Origin: Aplysia californica
Taxonomy: Eukaryota
Direction of reading: 5' to 3'
Assembly (NCBI RefSeq): GCF_000002075.1
Contig: NW_004797845.1
Coordinates: forward strand, 423,351-487,350
DNA length: 64,000 bases
The notes under the pieces were generated by a model. That model was not told the DNA's origin. It searched no databases and saw nothing but the letters and a program-made list of their open reading frames with translations. The translations under genes were made by a program, and so were the position numbers. Shown here in pieces: positions 13,200-28,700 of this stretch (the stretch's first letter is position 1; every line of letters starts with the position of its first letter).

Positions 13200-16100
13200 G
13201 TTTGTTGTTGCTTTTCTATGTATCGTATAAATTATAAAGTAGTATGAAAGTCAACAACGGGAAAGACTGTCATGCTCTGTATAAAACAGATTTTAAAAAT
13301 CTTTCATCTTATAACCTTTTTATGACTGGTTTGTTCTAACTTCCAGGAGACTGATTTTAAAAAGAAATGAGTGCTTCTGATATTCAGCATTTTTATAAAT
13401 AGAAATCTGTACATAATGAGAGTTCTGTACTTGCGGCTCATAATATCAACTTGCCATTAAAATTTTCACATGCAAATCGGCTTAAGTCTGGCTAGACGTG
13501 ACAAAATTTTGGTACATAATTATTTCCTCCTTGCTTTCATTCAGTAATTATTTCTGTCTAAAAAGAACAGTGAATTGTGATTTTAGAAAGAAATTCATTA
13601 TACTAGAAAGTATCTTTTTCAACTCTATCTAGATCTTGAGATAAAATTTGTCAGTGTGAGTATTAAACTGTATTTTACGGGAGCAGGATAAAGATGGATT
13701 AAAAGACACAGATATCAAAATCTACAATAAGTGGAAACGGTGCTTTGAGGTTGACATTTGGACATTTTAATTTTTTTTTAAACTAAGGAAGATGAGGTAA
13801 AGGCTTGGTGGCGGGATTGTATTGTCTAGAGTGATGTTCCTAGATTTTGCATACTGTCGATGATGAATTGAATTTTATAGTGGCAATACAAAGGGGATTT
13901 GGTTTTAACATAACCAGATGTATTATGTAGATAAAGAAAACAGATAAATTAAGGCAAATTTGTGGTGAATAAAATAGGTGTTATGCGTTGTTGGCTATCT
14001 CTTCTAACAGACACCCAAGTGCCATTTTCAACTTTCTAAAAGCACTAAATTTCAATTTCAAAGGGGCCTCCCCACTGAATCCCCACCAGAATGCTTTCCC
14101 TTCGATCCAGTTCAGCTTTCAGACCCCTGCATTGAATATTTAATTTTCCTTACTCTTTTGGTTAGTCTATTAGAATCACTGAAAATGTATTGAGTTACAT
14201 ATCATTACTTTTGCTAGGAACTGATAATTCCTGAAAATCAAATCATTTGTTTAAATGTTTAAATAATGGAGATGCATTCTAATTCTAATGTAGGGGAAAA
14301 ATTGTCTTGTGTCATCTTTTTTGGGAACAAGGCCTACTGGGCACTCTGAAAAAAATGTAATTTGTCAAGAGTTTTTTCGCTTTTCAAAACGTCCTGGTGT
14401 TAATGTCGTATGAACTCAATTTTTTTGCTACTGCTGTCTTTCATCGACCTAAGATCGCATGAAATTGAAATGTTCTCCCATTTTTGGTCACAAAGGGGTT
14501 GGTAGGTTTGGGAAACCCAATTCTTCTAAGACTTCTGCTGTGGAGTAATATAGTAAGAGCACATATAAATACAGTGGAACCTGCCCTGACGGCCACCTCT
14601 ATAAGACGGCCACCTGTACAAACGGCCACTTTCCGTTTCCCCCCTTGCGTTTTTTCTATATAATTTAACTGTGTGAAATGGGCACCTGTCCAACGCGGCC
14701 GCGGCCACCTTATTTCAACACACAACCCCTATCACACTAAGCAATAACACCCGTCTAAGACGGCCACCTTAGTGACTCCATTTCGTTTAGTCATAAATTG
14801 TGCTTTGGCCCCTGGCGTTGTGGGCGAGCCGTCATAATTCAATCCCCTGTTGTTGTTGTTTGGTAGTCCCTCCAACCGATCATGTTGCGTAGGCCCCTCC
14901 TACTGTTGACCAATAGCTACCAATTTTCAGCTGCTGGTGAGGTAAGCGTGTGATCCCTCATAACCCATAAGCCCCGCCCAGAACTGAAACACAAATCGTA
15001 AGCAAGATGAGTGGTCACTGTTTACCCAGTCTGTAACAAAGTAACAAAGGACGTCAACATGAACTTGTGACAGAAACGTCGCTCGTTCTCCGAGTGGTGG
15101 CGACCCAGGAGTTTGTTTTTACTTCGCACTCGGTCTTCCTTGTCTGATACATTTCGTTTTATTGTCACCATTTTGCGAAATCAGCAACAAAATAAAAATT
15201 ACAAACAAAATACAAACCACCACCAACAACAACAAAAACAACAATGCGGCTATTTTCGATTGTGACCTCTGATAGGAATAATTTGTTTTCTTCTTCTTGA
15301 TCAGTCCTGCCTAAGACGGCCACCTGTCTTATACGGTCACTTTTCTCCTTGACAATGGGTGGCCGTCTTACACAGGTTTGACTGTACTTGTGAATTAGAC
15401 AAACCCTGTTTTATTCATCCTAAGGATAGACCTTTGTTGAGACCTTGGCTCTATCCCTTGTGCTCTGGCTTATTGATAATGATTTAGGTAATGAGTAGGT
15501 CTGGTAGGTAGTTATGGTGTTATGTAAAGGAAAATGAAGTGAGGGAGAGAGAACGGATGAGATGACTTTGTATAATTTGTTCAGTCTTCAGACATTTGAT
15601 AGGAATGAAATGTTCTCAGGCAATCCCATTTTCATTTTCAGAACCAAAGAAAGTCAACAATGGGAAAGACTGTCATGCTCTGTATAAAACAGCTTTTTTT
15701 CATTCTTTCATCTATTACCTTTTTATGACTGGTTAGTTTCTGCTCTCTAAGGAGGGAAATGCATGTGAACTGATTTGTACACAAACTCATGAAGATCAAC
15801 ATGTTATTTTTAAAAAAAAGAACCTGAAATCTTAGGGGTTTTTTTGTGATAGGATAGTTAGCTTCTGACTTGAGATGTCCTGCATGAAGACTGCTGTTCG
15901 GTCCATGAAAGCTTGCTTTCTGCTGTTAAATAAACATGAAGGAGTACAAAGTAGGATCAAGTTGTGATCACATTGAAATTGTATGATGAGGAAACCAAGT
16001 AAGCTTCTCATTGCTCAAAAGTAACCAACAAGCATAGAAATTATAAGTTAATCCTGTGTCATTTCAGCGATGGAAAAATGGTCTCCTGACCAGCCAGGAA

Positions 16101-19100
16101 CAATTTGAGCAGGCGGTCTACCAACATTTTGCCGAGTTTGTGCCTCTCGTGTATGCCAACAATTTGGACAATGAGAAAGAGGAGCGCCGGGCCCGGAAGT
16201 TTCTCTTCCATCCCCTGGAGGAGTTCATGTGTCAGGAAGACCCTGGGATTATGTTTCAGAAGTTAGGCCATATGGATAAACCCTCACAGCTATGCGGACA
16301 CAACTTTAAGAATGGAGAACCAACTTACTCTTGCAGGTGAGAATAAAAAAAATAGGTGTTGATTTTGTTCCTTGTTTGTATTCTTGTTGTTTATCTCTTA
16401 CCATTTTGTCACCTTCAGAATCAGCCCCTTGCTAGTTCTCAGCAGGTGGGTCAAGGACACAACTAGTTGGACATACTTCTTTGCTCTCACTCTTGGTTCT
16501 GTATGCCAGTCTTGTTCTGTCCCAGCATTGGCTCATCATATTGATTTCTTTATCTTCACTTCGAAGACTTTGATGATCTCTCACGTAGTTCAGTTTGTAG
16601 GTGTCCGAAGGGTGTCACTGGTAGGTCCTACTTCACTACTTTCTGTCTCTTGTTTCTGTCTCTCTCTCTTGCTTTTTCCGAAGACTAAATGACCGTTATT
16701 GTGTCAATGTGCTTCATTTTACTCAAAAAAGAACAACAAAAAAGCAAACCCCAATTTGGCTTGCATAGAAGAACATATCATCAGAATGAAAATAGTCTTC
16801 CAGCTGCAAAACTATGGGGGAAAATCACCAACACCCATGCTCATACATTGAATTCCACCTGCCTAATTTAAAACCGCCTTTGTCATTAAACTCTGGTTTT
16901 GTGTTATTTTTGGGGTTTCAAAAATTGTTTTGGACAAGTTTGCCTTCACTACCTTACAACGTAAACAAAGATATATTCCATCCAAGTTGTCAAGTAGAGA
17001 GAGGAAAGCTTGGTATCCAGTGGATTGCCTTTAAGAGGTCACAAGGAAGGAATCGAACTCATTCATTCTATGACAATTATGTTATTTACTGTTTTTCACA
17101 GAACTTGATTGATTTGTCTGTTCTCCCAGGGATTGTGCCTATGACCCCACATGTGTTCTCTGCATCACATGTTTCCAGAAAAGCACTCATAAAAACCACA
17201 GATATCGGGTAAGTGTATGTTGCTTTTCTGATTTGGTTCTTGAACTGACTTGAAAGATAAACAACATTAATATTAGCAATTGAGAGCCTCTGGATACATC
17301 AAATGGTTCACCATTCTTTATTTGAAATCCGTGTTGTACTTAGTTGTAGACATGTTGTTACATTTCCAGTATCAGAGAACGTTTAGTTTTTATGCTGTGG
17401 ATTTCATTGCTTCTTATAACCGCTCTTGGCTGCTGTCCACCCTTCAGCTTATGTTTTAGTAATGAACATTTTAAAAATTGAAAAAGAATTGTTAAGATTC
17501 CATCAATTTCAAATTCGTAATGATGGACAGCCCTTCTGTTTTGTGTTAGTGAGGAGACTTTCAAAACTTCATTTTTAGAAAAACTGATGTTGAATAGTGC
17601 TGTGCAACTTGGAGGAATCAAAGTTCTTTGAAGTGTGAAGTCACTATTTGTACTATTTGAATACTGCATGGGGCATGGGGATGAGTTTTTTTCTTCTTAT
17701 ATTTAATATTTTAAGCTATGTTTGTTATTCAATATTTACTGTTCACAGTGCAATTTATCCAGAACTATTTGCCCAAGCCAGTGATTCTCAGCTCTGTGTG
17801 TGTCTGCCTTTTCACATGCCGATTGGCTGCAGTTTATTATCTCTCATTTTATTGGTTCCCACCACACGTACCCACCTAAGGTGTGGGTGGTTGGCGGGTG
17901 CTCTGGTGTGGTTTGCTCCTTCTTTCCTATCAAACATCTATCGCTCTTATCTCCCCTTCTTCTTTTTTATGTTTGTTACTCTCTTGTAACACCTCTAATC
18001 TTCTGGCACTCATATGACCTTTTGCAGTTGCGAGCGCCGTAAAACCTCTACTAAAACTGAAACTGAAACCACCTAAGGTGCCAATGGATCTCGCAAGTGT
18101 GGCTGCTAATATTATTTTTTTGGGGGTGTCTTTTTAGGCCCCTTTCCTGCAGTACATTATAAGCCGTAATATGATCATGTCACATCACCACTTATACTGC
18201 TTTGAACTTGGAATAGGGTAGGGGAGCTCATTGGGTTTGCAAAGCTATCCATCACACTTCGGGAGTCATGGGTCCTTAAGCTTTTCATGGTGTGACTAGT
18301 GAATATTGCACTGTGTGCTTCCCGGGAAGCTGAGAATGTTTTGGAATGTTCTAGGGTCTGCTGGGGTAATAATAGTTGAAAAGGGCATATTGCATGCTAT
18401 AGAGCTTGGATATGCACTACATAAATGCATTTATTATTATCATTAATGAGTGATAGGGAAATAAATCTCACAGGGATGTTTTATAACTCTTGTTGTCTCT
18501 GTTCATCACTCTGTCTGATAAATCAATTAATACAAAGTTTTTCTGCAATGTCTCAGTTATTTGAGACATAGACATGCTCTAACTTTTTGTCAAGTTGAGA
18601 AAAATGAGACGAAAATCCATTATCTGTAGAAATTAAATGTGATTCAAATAGCTTTGCTGGGCTTCAAAAAGCTTTAGCAGGGAAAAATAATTAGCATTGA
18701 GTAATAAAGTTGAATAGGCCCAGCTCAAATGTTCAAATTCAAATTATAAATGAGTCAACTGTTTTAAGATGGATTTCTGCCTTTTGGAAATGAGCAAAAC
18801 GGATGTTCCATCTCGTTGAGTTGTTCTAGTTGAGATAAATGTGTCTCTGTGGTATGAACTTTTTTTTTGCAAGCCTGATTCTGGGGTGGGATTTAAAAAA
18901 ATAAAAATCTTGGGACCTCTCAAGCTTAGATCACCTACCTGAAGAGTTATAATTATTGCAAAGAGAAACATAGTTCAACTCTTTTATTTGTGGATGCAAC
19001 TGAAAACTGATACGAAGTATAGCATCAAAACTGTGGTTGTGAAATTATAGCAATTCAGTGTCAGTCAGGTCAAACTCAGTTCACATTGCCATCCTTCAGC

Positions 19101-22100
19101 AGTCAAACGAGTAGTTGCCTGCTCTGATAACTAGTAATTTAAGCCCAGAATGAAGGGAATAGGGTTGTATTATGGATAAGAATAGCAGTGACAATCGTTG
19201 TCATTGCTAAGCATGGTCTGTGCCGTGTTGGGTGCTTTGGTCCAACAAAGCTTATGTTTCTTGTGAGATCAGAAGGTGCCAAGGGACATAGTAAAGTTCT
19301 TTCCTTGCTTATGAGAATTTTCATTGTCCAATAAAATACATTCGTTAGTGTCTACTTTCAGGTATGAACTGTTCTGTTGGTTTGTTTTTACTTTCATTTG
19401 TTGTCTTTGAAGTTACGACCATGACCTAATTGTGTTGAAAGTGCCGTAAAACTTTTACTAAAACAAAAATATCTTCCCCTGCTATAGAACTGCCCCAGTT
19501 CTTTTGACTTTTTTTTTTTTAGAGAGACATGAGGATAGGAAGTCCTTTTGTGTATAAAAAACACCACATCAAGATAATTTGTGCCTACTTCATCATTTTA
19601 GCCATGGCAATCGGGGAAAAAAAGTTATTTAGTTTGAAGATTTTAACAACTGTCACATTTGTGTTTATTTCTATTTTGGTGTTGTTACAAATACAGAACT
19701 GCTTTGTTTCCCCTGTGCTTGTGTAGATGAGCACATCTGGTGGTGGTGGTTACTGCGACTGCGGTGACACTGAGGCATGGAAATCTGATCCCTCCTGCGT
19801 GCTTCACACACCACGTCGGGTAGAGGAGACAGTGAGTGGAGATTGAGTTAACATAAAAAAGAGATAGCTCTGAGTAATTTTTGGGCTAATACTAGGTGAC
19901 GTTGCAACAGAAAGGACCTATTTATATAAAAAAAAGGCAGTATGCTAGTCTCAAAACCCATTTTTAGAAATTTGCATGCCTAAGTTCACTTGAATGTATT
20001 ACAAGGTTGTCCATATTAGGTCTTACAGACAGGCAAGGAGGCTTTCACAGAGGTCTTAAGAAAGATGAATGGGTACACAACTGGTTTAAATTATAAAAGT
20101 AGAGAATGGAAAGGAGAAGTAAAACTTGACATATGTACTGTTTTATACAACAGGAATTAGATGGCAGTTTTGAAAAAAGAAGTGATTCTTTTTTTTTTTT
20201 TTTTGGTCAATTAGTTGTTGTAAGGGTTTTTTTGTAGATAGAGGAAACAAATTTTAGTGAGATGCTCCCTTATAAAAAAGTTTGACTGGTTTTATGCTTT
20301 CCAATGTAGATGAGCTTGCTTCTGAAGTGATTTTACATGTTTGCAGTATTGGACTGTCTTTTTTTATTTTCATCTGCGTACGTGTTGACCTGACTTGGGC
20401 CTGTTGTCAAGAATATATCCAGTTATTTTTAGTTTTAGACTGTCGAAAGTGGTTATAAATTCACTGAAAGTGGTTTTCATGTTTACATATGAGAGGTCAC
20501 TGTTATTTTGGTTTGAACTGAGCTTTCCTGTATGCTTTGTATTATGTGTCATTGTTTACAAAACTTGAAGATGTATAGAAGTAAGAATTTTTTGGAAAAT
20601 ATTCAAACTTCTGTAGACTCTTGTACTGAAGGAGAGCACTTTTATGAATAATGAAGAAGAGTTTAGGTCTTCAATTTTTACCCTTTATCTTCATTTTTCA
20701 CAAAAGGGTTAGGTAAAATTAGAAAAGCTTAAAAATGGATATTGAATGCTTTGCTTTCACCTTCTGGTATCTGCACAAGGAACAACTGAAGGAGTAGTTT
20801 TCAGGCTAGTTGAACAGCAGTGAGGAGAGAGCTCAGTGTGTAACAATAAAAAAGGTAAAGGCCATGTTATGTCCATATTTGAAAAAATAATTCTTGTAAG
20901 CCCACTTCAAGGTATTGAAAAAACCCCAAACTTTTTTTACCCATCCGTTCTTTCAGGGAAATGAGGTGAACCTTCCAGGAGACATGCAGCAGTTTGTCAT
21001 TGGCATGTTTCGCTGTGTGCTCAAGTTTACTGCTGCTGTGCTGACGTGGGACGAGAATGTCACTCTGCCGCTGGGTTTGCAGCGAACAGACGCAGCTCTG
21101 GCCAACATGCCTTACTTGTGTATGCTGTACAATGATGAAGTGCATACTTATGATCAGGTGTCTTTTCTTTCTACCTCAACATTTTTCTTCTTTTAAGAAT
21201 GGTTTTTATACGTTTCCATGGTTTGAAGAGAACAGGGAGCAGATCCTTCTTTACTATAGAATTGTTTGAATACATTTTTGTTGGATTTGTTACCATGAAA
21301 AGATGTTTTGTTTTAAGACAGTTTGATAATGGAAGTGAGTTGGGAGAAATGTTTTTTGTTTTTTTTAGTGTACTTGAACTGTTTTGATTCAGGAGGATAA
21401 GATCTGGGAACCAGGTTCTAAGATTAGAGTGCTGTGCACCTCTGTTGGATGCCTCGTATGTAGGCTGTTACGTCATTGTAGCTTGTCACTGTATGAAATC
21501 ATTGGTGATTAAAATTGTTTCAATGATTTTGCTTTTTTTTCCAAAATCAATACTTTGACCATGATGAGGTGATTGCAAGATTTTCAGAGTTGCTTCTTCC
21601 TATGCTCTCTTAGTCCTTTCAACTCTGGCTCTCAGTACTTGCTGCTTACCACTTTGACTTTTTGCTTGTTTGGAAACCTTTCTATAAAGGTTTTGCTTCA
21701 ATGAGTATGCGCAATATAAATTTAAAAAATAATAATATAATTGCTTGATCAAGTGACTGAATGGTAGTTCCCTATTTAGGTAACTACTTGTACCTGGTCA
21801 ATGTTTGTCTTTACACTCCCTGAGTTTCAGCCAAACTACCTAAAATTGATTCTTAATCAATCTGAAATAGGAAATTTTAGGTTAACAGCCCTGTGAACAA
21901 GTTCATGCATATTTTTTTTCCCTTCCCAGTCTGGTCTTTAGCTACTTTATAATTCCAAACAGCTTCTCTTCTTCCTCCACTGGACTTTGTGATGATTGTT
22001 ATTGTGTGGTTAGATGACAGGTGCTCTGGTGTAGTTTGATCAATGCTTTTCTATCTGACATCTATCATCCTTATCTCTCCTCCTTTTTTTTTTGTGTTTG

Positions 22101-25100
22101 TTACTCTCTTGTAACACCCCTAATCTTCAGTACCTATAAGACCCTATTGTATTACCAGTGCCATAAAACTCTTACTTATACTAAACGATTTTTCCTTCCC
22201 TCTGTTGGCTGTGTTTCCTTTCAGGTGATCAACACCCTCCAGAGAGCAGTCACCTGCACACCACGCCAGGCTCTTGATTATGCCACCATTGTCGATAGAG
22301 AGGTTAGTTCAGCTTATGAACTGAAAACAATTGTAAAAGTAATTTTCTTTTTCTGCCTGCTTCTCACGATTTTGTGCTGTAAATAAATATATTATTTTCA
22401 GGGTGAAAAAATCCAGCTTTATTCTTCTTTTTGAAGATTGCATTTAGTATTTATAGCGTAGTCTTCCTCTTTTTTTCTATTGGCTTTCAATGATGTTTGA
22501 AACGGTTGAAGCTGATTAAAGCTTATTCTAGATATACTTGATTTATCAAGTCTTTCTATGCAGTCGAAGAAGAATCCTTGTGCAGAAAGTACCATGAGGC
22601 CTGTGACCATGCGTGTACACTTTACTTAATGTCCGTAATAATAATAATAGACAGCATTTGTATAGCGCGAATTCCCACCCGACAGCATGCTCTAAGTCGG
22701 CTTTTCAACAGCTCTGTAATGGCCCTTGTATTTGCAATGAATTCAATTTTTTTCCATACTGACCTTTTTTGTTTTGTCTTGTCAGGGCCGCAGTTGTGTG
22801 AAATCTGGAACAGAAGATGAATGTAACACTGTGAGACAGACCATTGAGGTGAGATTCCATTGTGACTTTCGTCTGTTGTAAAAGATTTTGTAATTTCTGA
22901 ATTGTACTATAGTATTATTTAGACCTGTCGCTTGATTAAAGCACTGTGTTATCCACTTAAACCAAACATGGTTGAATTGAAAATGGCAAACCTCCCAGTA
23001 AAGTAAAATTCCTGATTTTGTCCTCTATTTGAGAAATCTCTCAAAGCAGAAAATCTGGATGAAATGAAGAAAATCCAGTGGTCCCACAGATTTTGGATGA
23101 AGTAGACTATTGACTTCTCATAATGAATGTTTTTTGAAGAATAATGCCCAAGCTGCCCTTGACTTCTTATTAACTGAAACATCAGTTTAAGAATTGTCTC
23201 AGATTTGTCTCTTTTTGTATTTCAAGTAGATCTGAGTTTGATGTTCTGCTGCCAATGTTATCATGCTTCTTTATAGTCACTCTGTCCTGCCCATGTGACA
23301 GTCTTGCCTTTCCCCTTGCAGCAAGTTTTAATGGTTTCTTGGGGCTGGCCCTGTTATGTTTTGAAAATAAATGTCCAGAAATTCAGATGAAATGCTATTC
23401 TAACGGGTATAGAAATCTTAAACAGTTTAAAAATTCCATTCTTCATATGCGCTCTTCTGCATTTTCTTTTGAAATGATATGCAAAACATTTTTTGACAGC
23501 AGAGATGAAATTCCCAGGTCATATCTGTGTAATGTGGGATGTGTCAAACTGAAGATATATTTTGGATAGTATGGATTCTAATGAGCTTAGGTTTTAGTTT
23601 TAGGCCGAGTTCTTGGGCAGTTTGCGGTAGATACCGATTTTGGGCCTGTTCAACCGCCATACCGATAAGGTGTCAAAACTGCCGGATTTTCGATGGGTGC
23701 CAAAAGAAGGAAAAAACCCCCATTCTGCAGTGCTCCCATTCTTCTTTGATTTTGCGGAAATCCGTACCTTCCAAAAGTTCCGTACTTGCCGCATCATCAT
23801 ATCACCTCCATGCGTATAAAGAGAGAGAGAGAGAGATCAGCCCTTGCTTCCGTAACTTGTCAGATATTTACGGCAACTCCCGGCAATAAGTTGTATTAGA
23901 AACCGCCAGATTGCGCATTTTGTACACTCGACCATTGTCTATCTGTGCCGTTAGGTCAGCTATATTTTTTCACGTGCATATCGGCTGAAATCTGTCTACT
24001 CATGATAGATAATCTTTCTCCTTCCTTTCATTCTTTCTTTCTTTCTGTCTGTCTTCGGGTTTTTGCTGCGGCTGGAAAATCTGTGCATTTAATTCATTTA
24101 CCAAGGAAACAAAATTGTGAATGTAGAAAAAAAATCGATATCGAAGTAAAACATTCTAAAATAGATCTTAGTCTAGAGAATTGATCAGTACCAAATGAGG
24201 ATTCTACGCAGGGGGACTGCGGGAATCTGAAAAAAACCCCGCTGCGACCCTAGAAAATGCTCAAAGTCCTTGAAACCAAATCTGAGTTCATATTTTACCG
24301 GTCGCCTTTGTGATATTACGTTCGGCTTTCCCCAGACCAGGAGTACGTTTCACGCGAATTAGCGGCTATGGCGGCAGGCAGAAATGTAGCTGTAATACAG
24401 AGACTCCATCGGGAAAATCTAAATCTACTTTCGCTTTCGTTACCGCTCAGAATTGTCCGATGATAGTTTAACGTTAGATTTACAGTTAATAAAAATTTGT
24501 AATATACAGTTTGTGCATAAAAAAACCACAGTGTTGCCATACAAATTAAATCGATATTCTCACTTATGTCACTATAATGACAAAAAAGGAAGAAAAAAAA
24601 AAGCGTCCTTCGATTTCTAGATTGTCGGGCCTGTATCGTGACCGGTCAGTGAACCTGTGCGAGTTCGCATAGGGACTGGCCGACGGTTGCCGGGGTAATC
24701 AAAGTTCATTCAAAGTAGGAGCGTTGCAGGGCTTTGGAATTGAGGGGAGGTGTTTGACGCTATACAGTCTACGGCGGCAGGATAAGGCCACGGTGCAAGA
24801 AACTGATGCTAAAATAAAAACGATAAGTTGAAGTGGTTTTGACATTCGACAATCGAGTGTGTAAATGAGGGAACATTAGAGCAGAGGCTTGATGATTGTA
24901 TCTTCAAGGTTGGTGTTGTCGGATTTGTCAGTGATGACAAATTGAATAGTGGCAATGAGGAAATGCCATTTTCAACCCTCGGAAAGCTCTATGTTGGATG
25001 CCTATGCATCATGATGGCTTACTGCTGATTAAAAACTGGTACTGTGATTTAGCATTTTGAAAAAAAATGAATACTTAGTCCATGATGCAGGGATTCATGA

Positions 25101-25684
25101 TTGACTGATTGGCAGGTTTACACCATCACTACATCCCACGCTCTCACCGTCCATCCAGCTCCGGCCCTCATTACACACTCTCTTTTATTTTCACTTTTTG
25201 CTCTACCGTAAGCCTAACTATAAAGGTTTTATAAATAAGTTTTGTCTTGCATGCTTTTTAAAATCCTTGATCGCTGAAACCAAACACGGTTTTGGCAGTT
25301 GATGTTCTTCTTGCCTCTCCTCAGGCCCAGATCAGGATTCATTTTGTATTTAGATGGTAAAACTAGTTGAAATTAATCGTCTGTCATACCTAAGTCGCAA
25401 AAGACTTTTCAGTGTCCTATGCTAGTGTCGGGAAATATGTTTTAATATAGTTTATATTTGTATGGGCTAGCGGTTTTGAAGTCAGTTTGGCAATCACCCT
25501 GCACTCAATTCCAGATTCAATACTGAATGATAGGTGCCTTGAACGTTAGTCCATAAATGCTTTAAAAAAAAAAAACCTCGCCTCATTACATACACACTGT
25601 TCATCGTAACTTGTACACGCCCAAACACTCCCTTCCCCTCCCCACAAATAGAAACAGTGAACACACACTAGAGCATGCGCTCAT

Positions 25685-25754
<70 letters not shown>

Positions 25755-28700
25755 GCATGCAAAAACAAATTTTCAAAATATAGTTACCCAATCTCGTGGA
25801 GAGCAAGCGCGTTCGATGGGGCAACGATCTTCTTTTTTTTTTTCCTTTGTCTTTGTACTACCTGATTTTGGGCCAAAATACCTGAAACTGACCCAGAATC
25901 TACCTGAAATGGGAACTTTGAGGTAGGCAGCCCTGATATCTTTTTGGCAGGAGGAATCAAGCTCTTAACTTACTAATACGTTTTTCTTTACGTGCAACAG
26001 GTTGTGTAAGTCTCACAAGCTTGCTTTTGCTTTTTCCAGCGCAGCACATCTCGTCATGGAAGCAAGCCCTTGAAGGTGGAGGTTATGCTGAAAGATGTGG
26101 TGGCCCTTCAGCAGTTTGCTCTCAAGGTACTTGGCTGGCTACAGACTGTCAGCGACAAAGCAAGTAAGTTGTCAAGGGAAATTATACTCGTACCTCAAGT
26201 TTTTTTTTTTTATGAACTTGTAGTTACTTGCTTGTAACTTTAAAAAAATTCTACCCAGAATCCTACTGTTTCCATTTTACTTTATGTTTGCTATCAAACT
26301 TCAGAGAATATTTGAAATCTTTTTTTTCTGCTTAAATCTTGGAAAAACTGTGTTACACCACTTTTTGAAAGTAACAGTAAAGCTTGCTGTGTCCTGTCAG
26401 AAATTTTTGGCTCATGATTTTCTTATATGGCAGAAATGTCAAAGTGTTTTACATGTCAGGTCTCGATTGCTTTAATGTTTTTGTGACTCCACAGGTTCTA
26501 TACGAAAGCTTATGTGTCAGACCCTGATGGAACCCAGCACCGAAGGCGGCGTTACTACCTTGTCAGTGCTGGAGAAATTTATACAGGCTGACACACGTCT
26601 CTGGAAAGGTCACTGTTTTGTATTTCTTGTCCTCTAAAGACAGCAAAAAAGTTTATTTTAGCTTGTGCTCTTTGCGTATATTGTGAGGATGCACTGGATA
26701 CTAGAAATTTTATTCACTTTTGTATTTATTGGCGTGATTGATGATGGAGAATCATGCATGTCGTGGACACAGTGGAATCCAGCGCTCATCAATTTTTGGG
26801 CGTATAGAGTTATTGGTATAATCTTAAAACTTGTATATTTGTCTTTCTTTTGTTTAAAAAAAAGTACCCATTTATTTTAAAAATGAAGGCAGTGGGGTTT
26901 CCTCGTGTCAGCAGTAAAATTAATTAGAAAATGGCTGAAAGTTTGGTGACTTTCGAAGCTTGAGTGTCCTGGGAAACTACAATTTTACATTTTTCTGTGT
27001 CTTTTATCAACTTTTCCCCCCCTAAAATCCACACAGAAATGTGTATTTAAATGGACTGAGTGGTGTTGAGCAAAAAAAAAAAAAAGCTAAAAATTGTCCA
27101 ATGGGCAGAGAAATCCTGATTTCCTCAACTTCATTATTTAGATGAGTGCCTGATTTCATCATAGTGATACATTTATGAACTCTTTGTCAGTCACTAGTCA
27201 TTGTTGTCCTATTGCAATTTGAAGAAAATAATGGAGGAAAGTTAAAAATTTGTATTTTCATCCCTTATGGTCATTTTTCATTCATAGTTGGAGGAAAACA
27301 CATACTCCAACCGTTGTGGTTTTTATTTATAGTGTAGGTTCTTTTGAAACTAGAAAGAGTTATTCCTGTGACCACAGCTGTTATAAGCGAGATATGTAAA
27401 AAGTGCTTATTCCGATTTTGGCTGAATATTCTGATAGCTTTATTTCCTAACTACTTTCTTGTCTGTCTACAGTTGCAAGAGTACAAAGCCATCAGCTGCT
27501 CATGTCTTGGTAGGTGATAAGCTTGTCTTGTTACAGATAAAGAGCTGTTAAGTCGTAAAAAAATTATTTATTAAATTATTTATTTACACAATGGGTTTAC
27601 TGTTCTGTAACTCACTGGAAAATGCTTTTGATATTCTAATTTTGTTTTCCAGTGTCGTATACCAGTTTCTGTATATCTGAAAAACTTTTATTTATGAGCC
27701 AAGAAATTCTTCTGTAAATTGTAATGTCATGCTTGTTGACATCTTTCATGGATGGCCTGAGGGTGTGTGTCACCAGCAGCTTCCCTGTGGGTTAGACATT
27801 GATAGACACTTTCTTTGGGTTCTGTTTGTTCTGTACTTCTGCTGTCACTGTTTTTCTTCCTCCCTTGTCTCTTTTCCACCCAATAGCCTCACCTTTACCA
27901 TCATTGTGTTAGTATTTGTAATGATTAATACGTTTAAAAAAAAAATTGATCTCAATCATGTATAAATAAAAGCCTCTTGTGGGTAGCATGGACTTACTAT
28001 TTTTGCTCATTCTCTCACACCTTTTTGAATTTTGCACTTAATAAAAGTATTTTTTAAATTGATTTTTTACAGTGTATTGAAAGATCCTCCTTCTAAAAAG
28101 CAATTTTCTGTGATATTCACTAAGGTAAGAGGATGCTCTTTGTTTGATTTTTGTTGTGTTTCCAAACTCAGTTCTGCAATCAATAAGTTGATATCTGTTC
28201 TTTTTTTTAATGACTGAATCAAGGCTCAATATTTGATGATGAAAGCTTTATATAAATATGAGAAAAAGTACTCGCCAATATGTGTAGTTTCAGGTGACTG
28301 GGGCAAATGATTGTCTTCCTGTTGAATATATGAGCAGTTATGTATTGGTTAAATTACATAAATACCACTGATGTTACTGCATGTAATTTCTTTCTATGTG
28401 TCTGTGCTTGTTTGTCCTTATGTAATGCATATCTGAGCTACTTTTGTCTTGCAGCAGAGAAGGTGTCTGAAACTGGCCTGTGAAAGCGAGAGCTTCACCA
28501 TCACATCAACTTTGTTTGGACCGAACGTAAAGTAGGAAAATGTTAAAGACACATAGCAAATGTCCTCATTTGGATTTCTCACAAAGATTCAATTGATGAT
28601 TAGCAAAGAATGAATCTTTTTCTTCTTTGTGTTCCCCTGCTAGATCTCAGGGATAGTCGACTACTGGTTCTTCAAACTGCAGTGCAACTGCTTTTTACGT

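Noticed and set aside
13248-15740. ~90-bp duplicated segment at 13248-13340 and 15650-15740
   Set aside because: Real but non-coding; a related motif near 60460 suggests a small dispersed repeat with no sign of function
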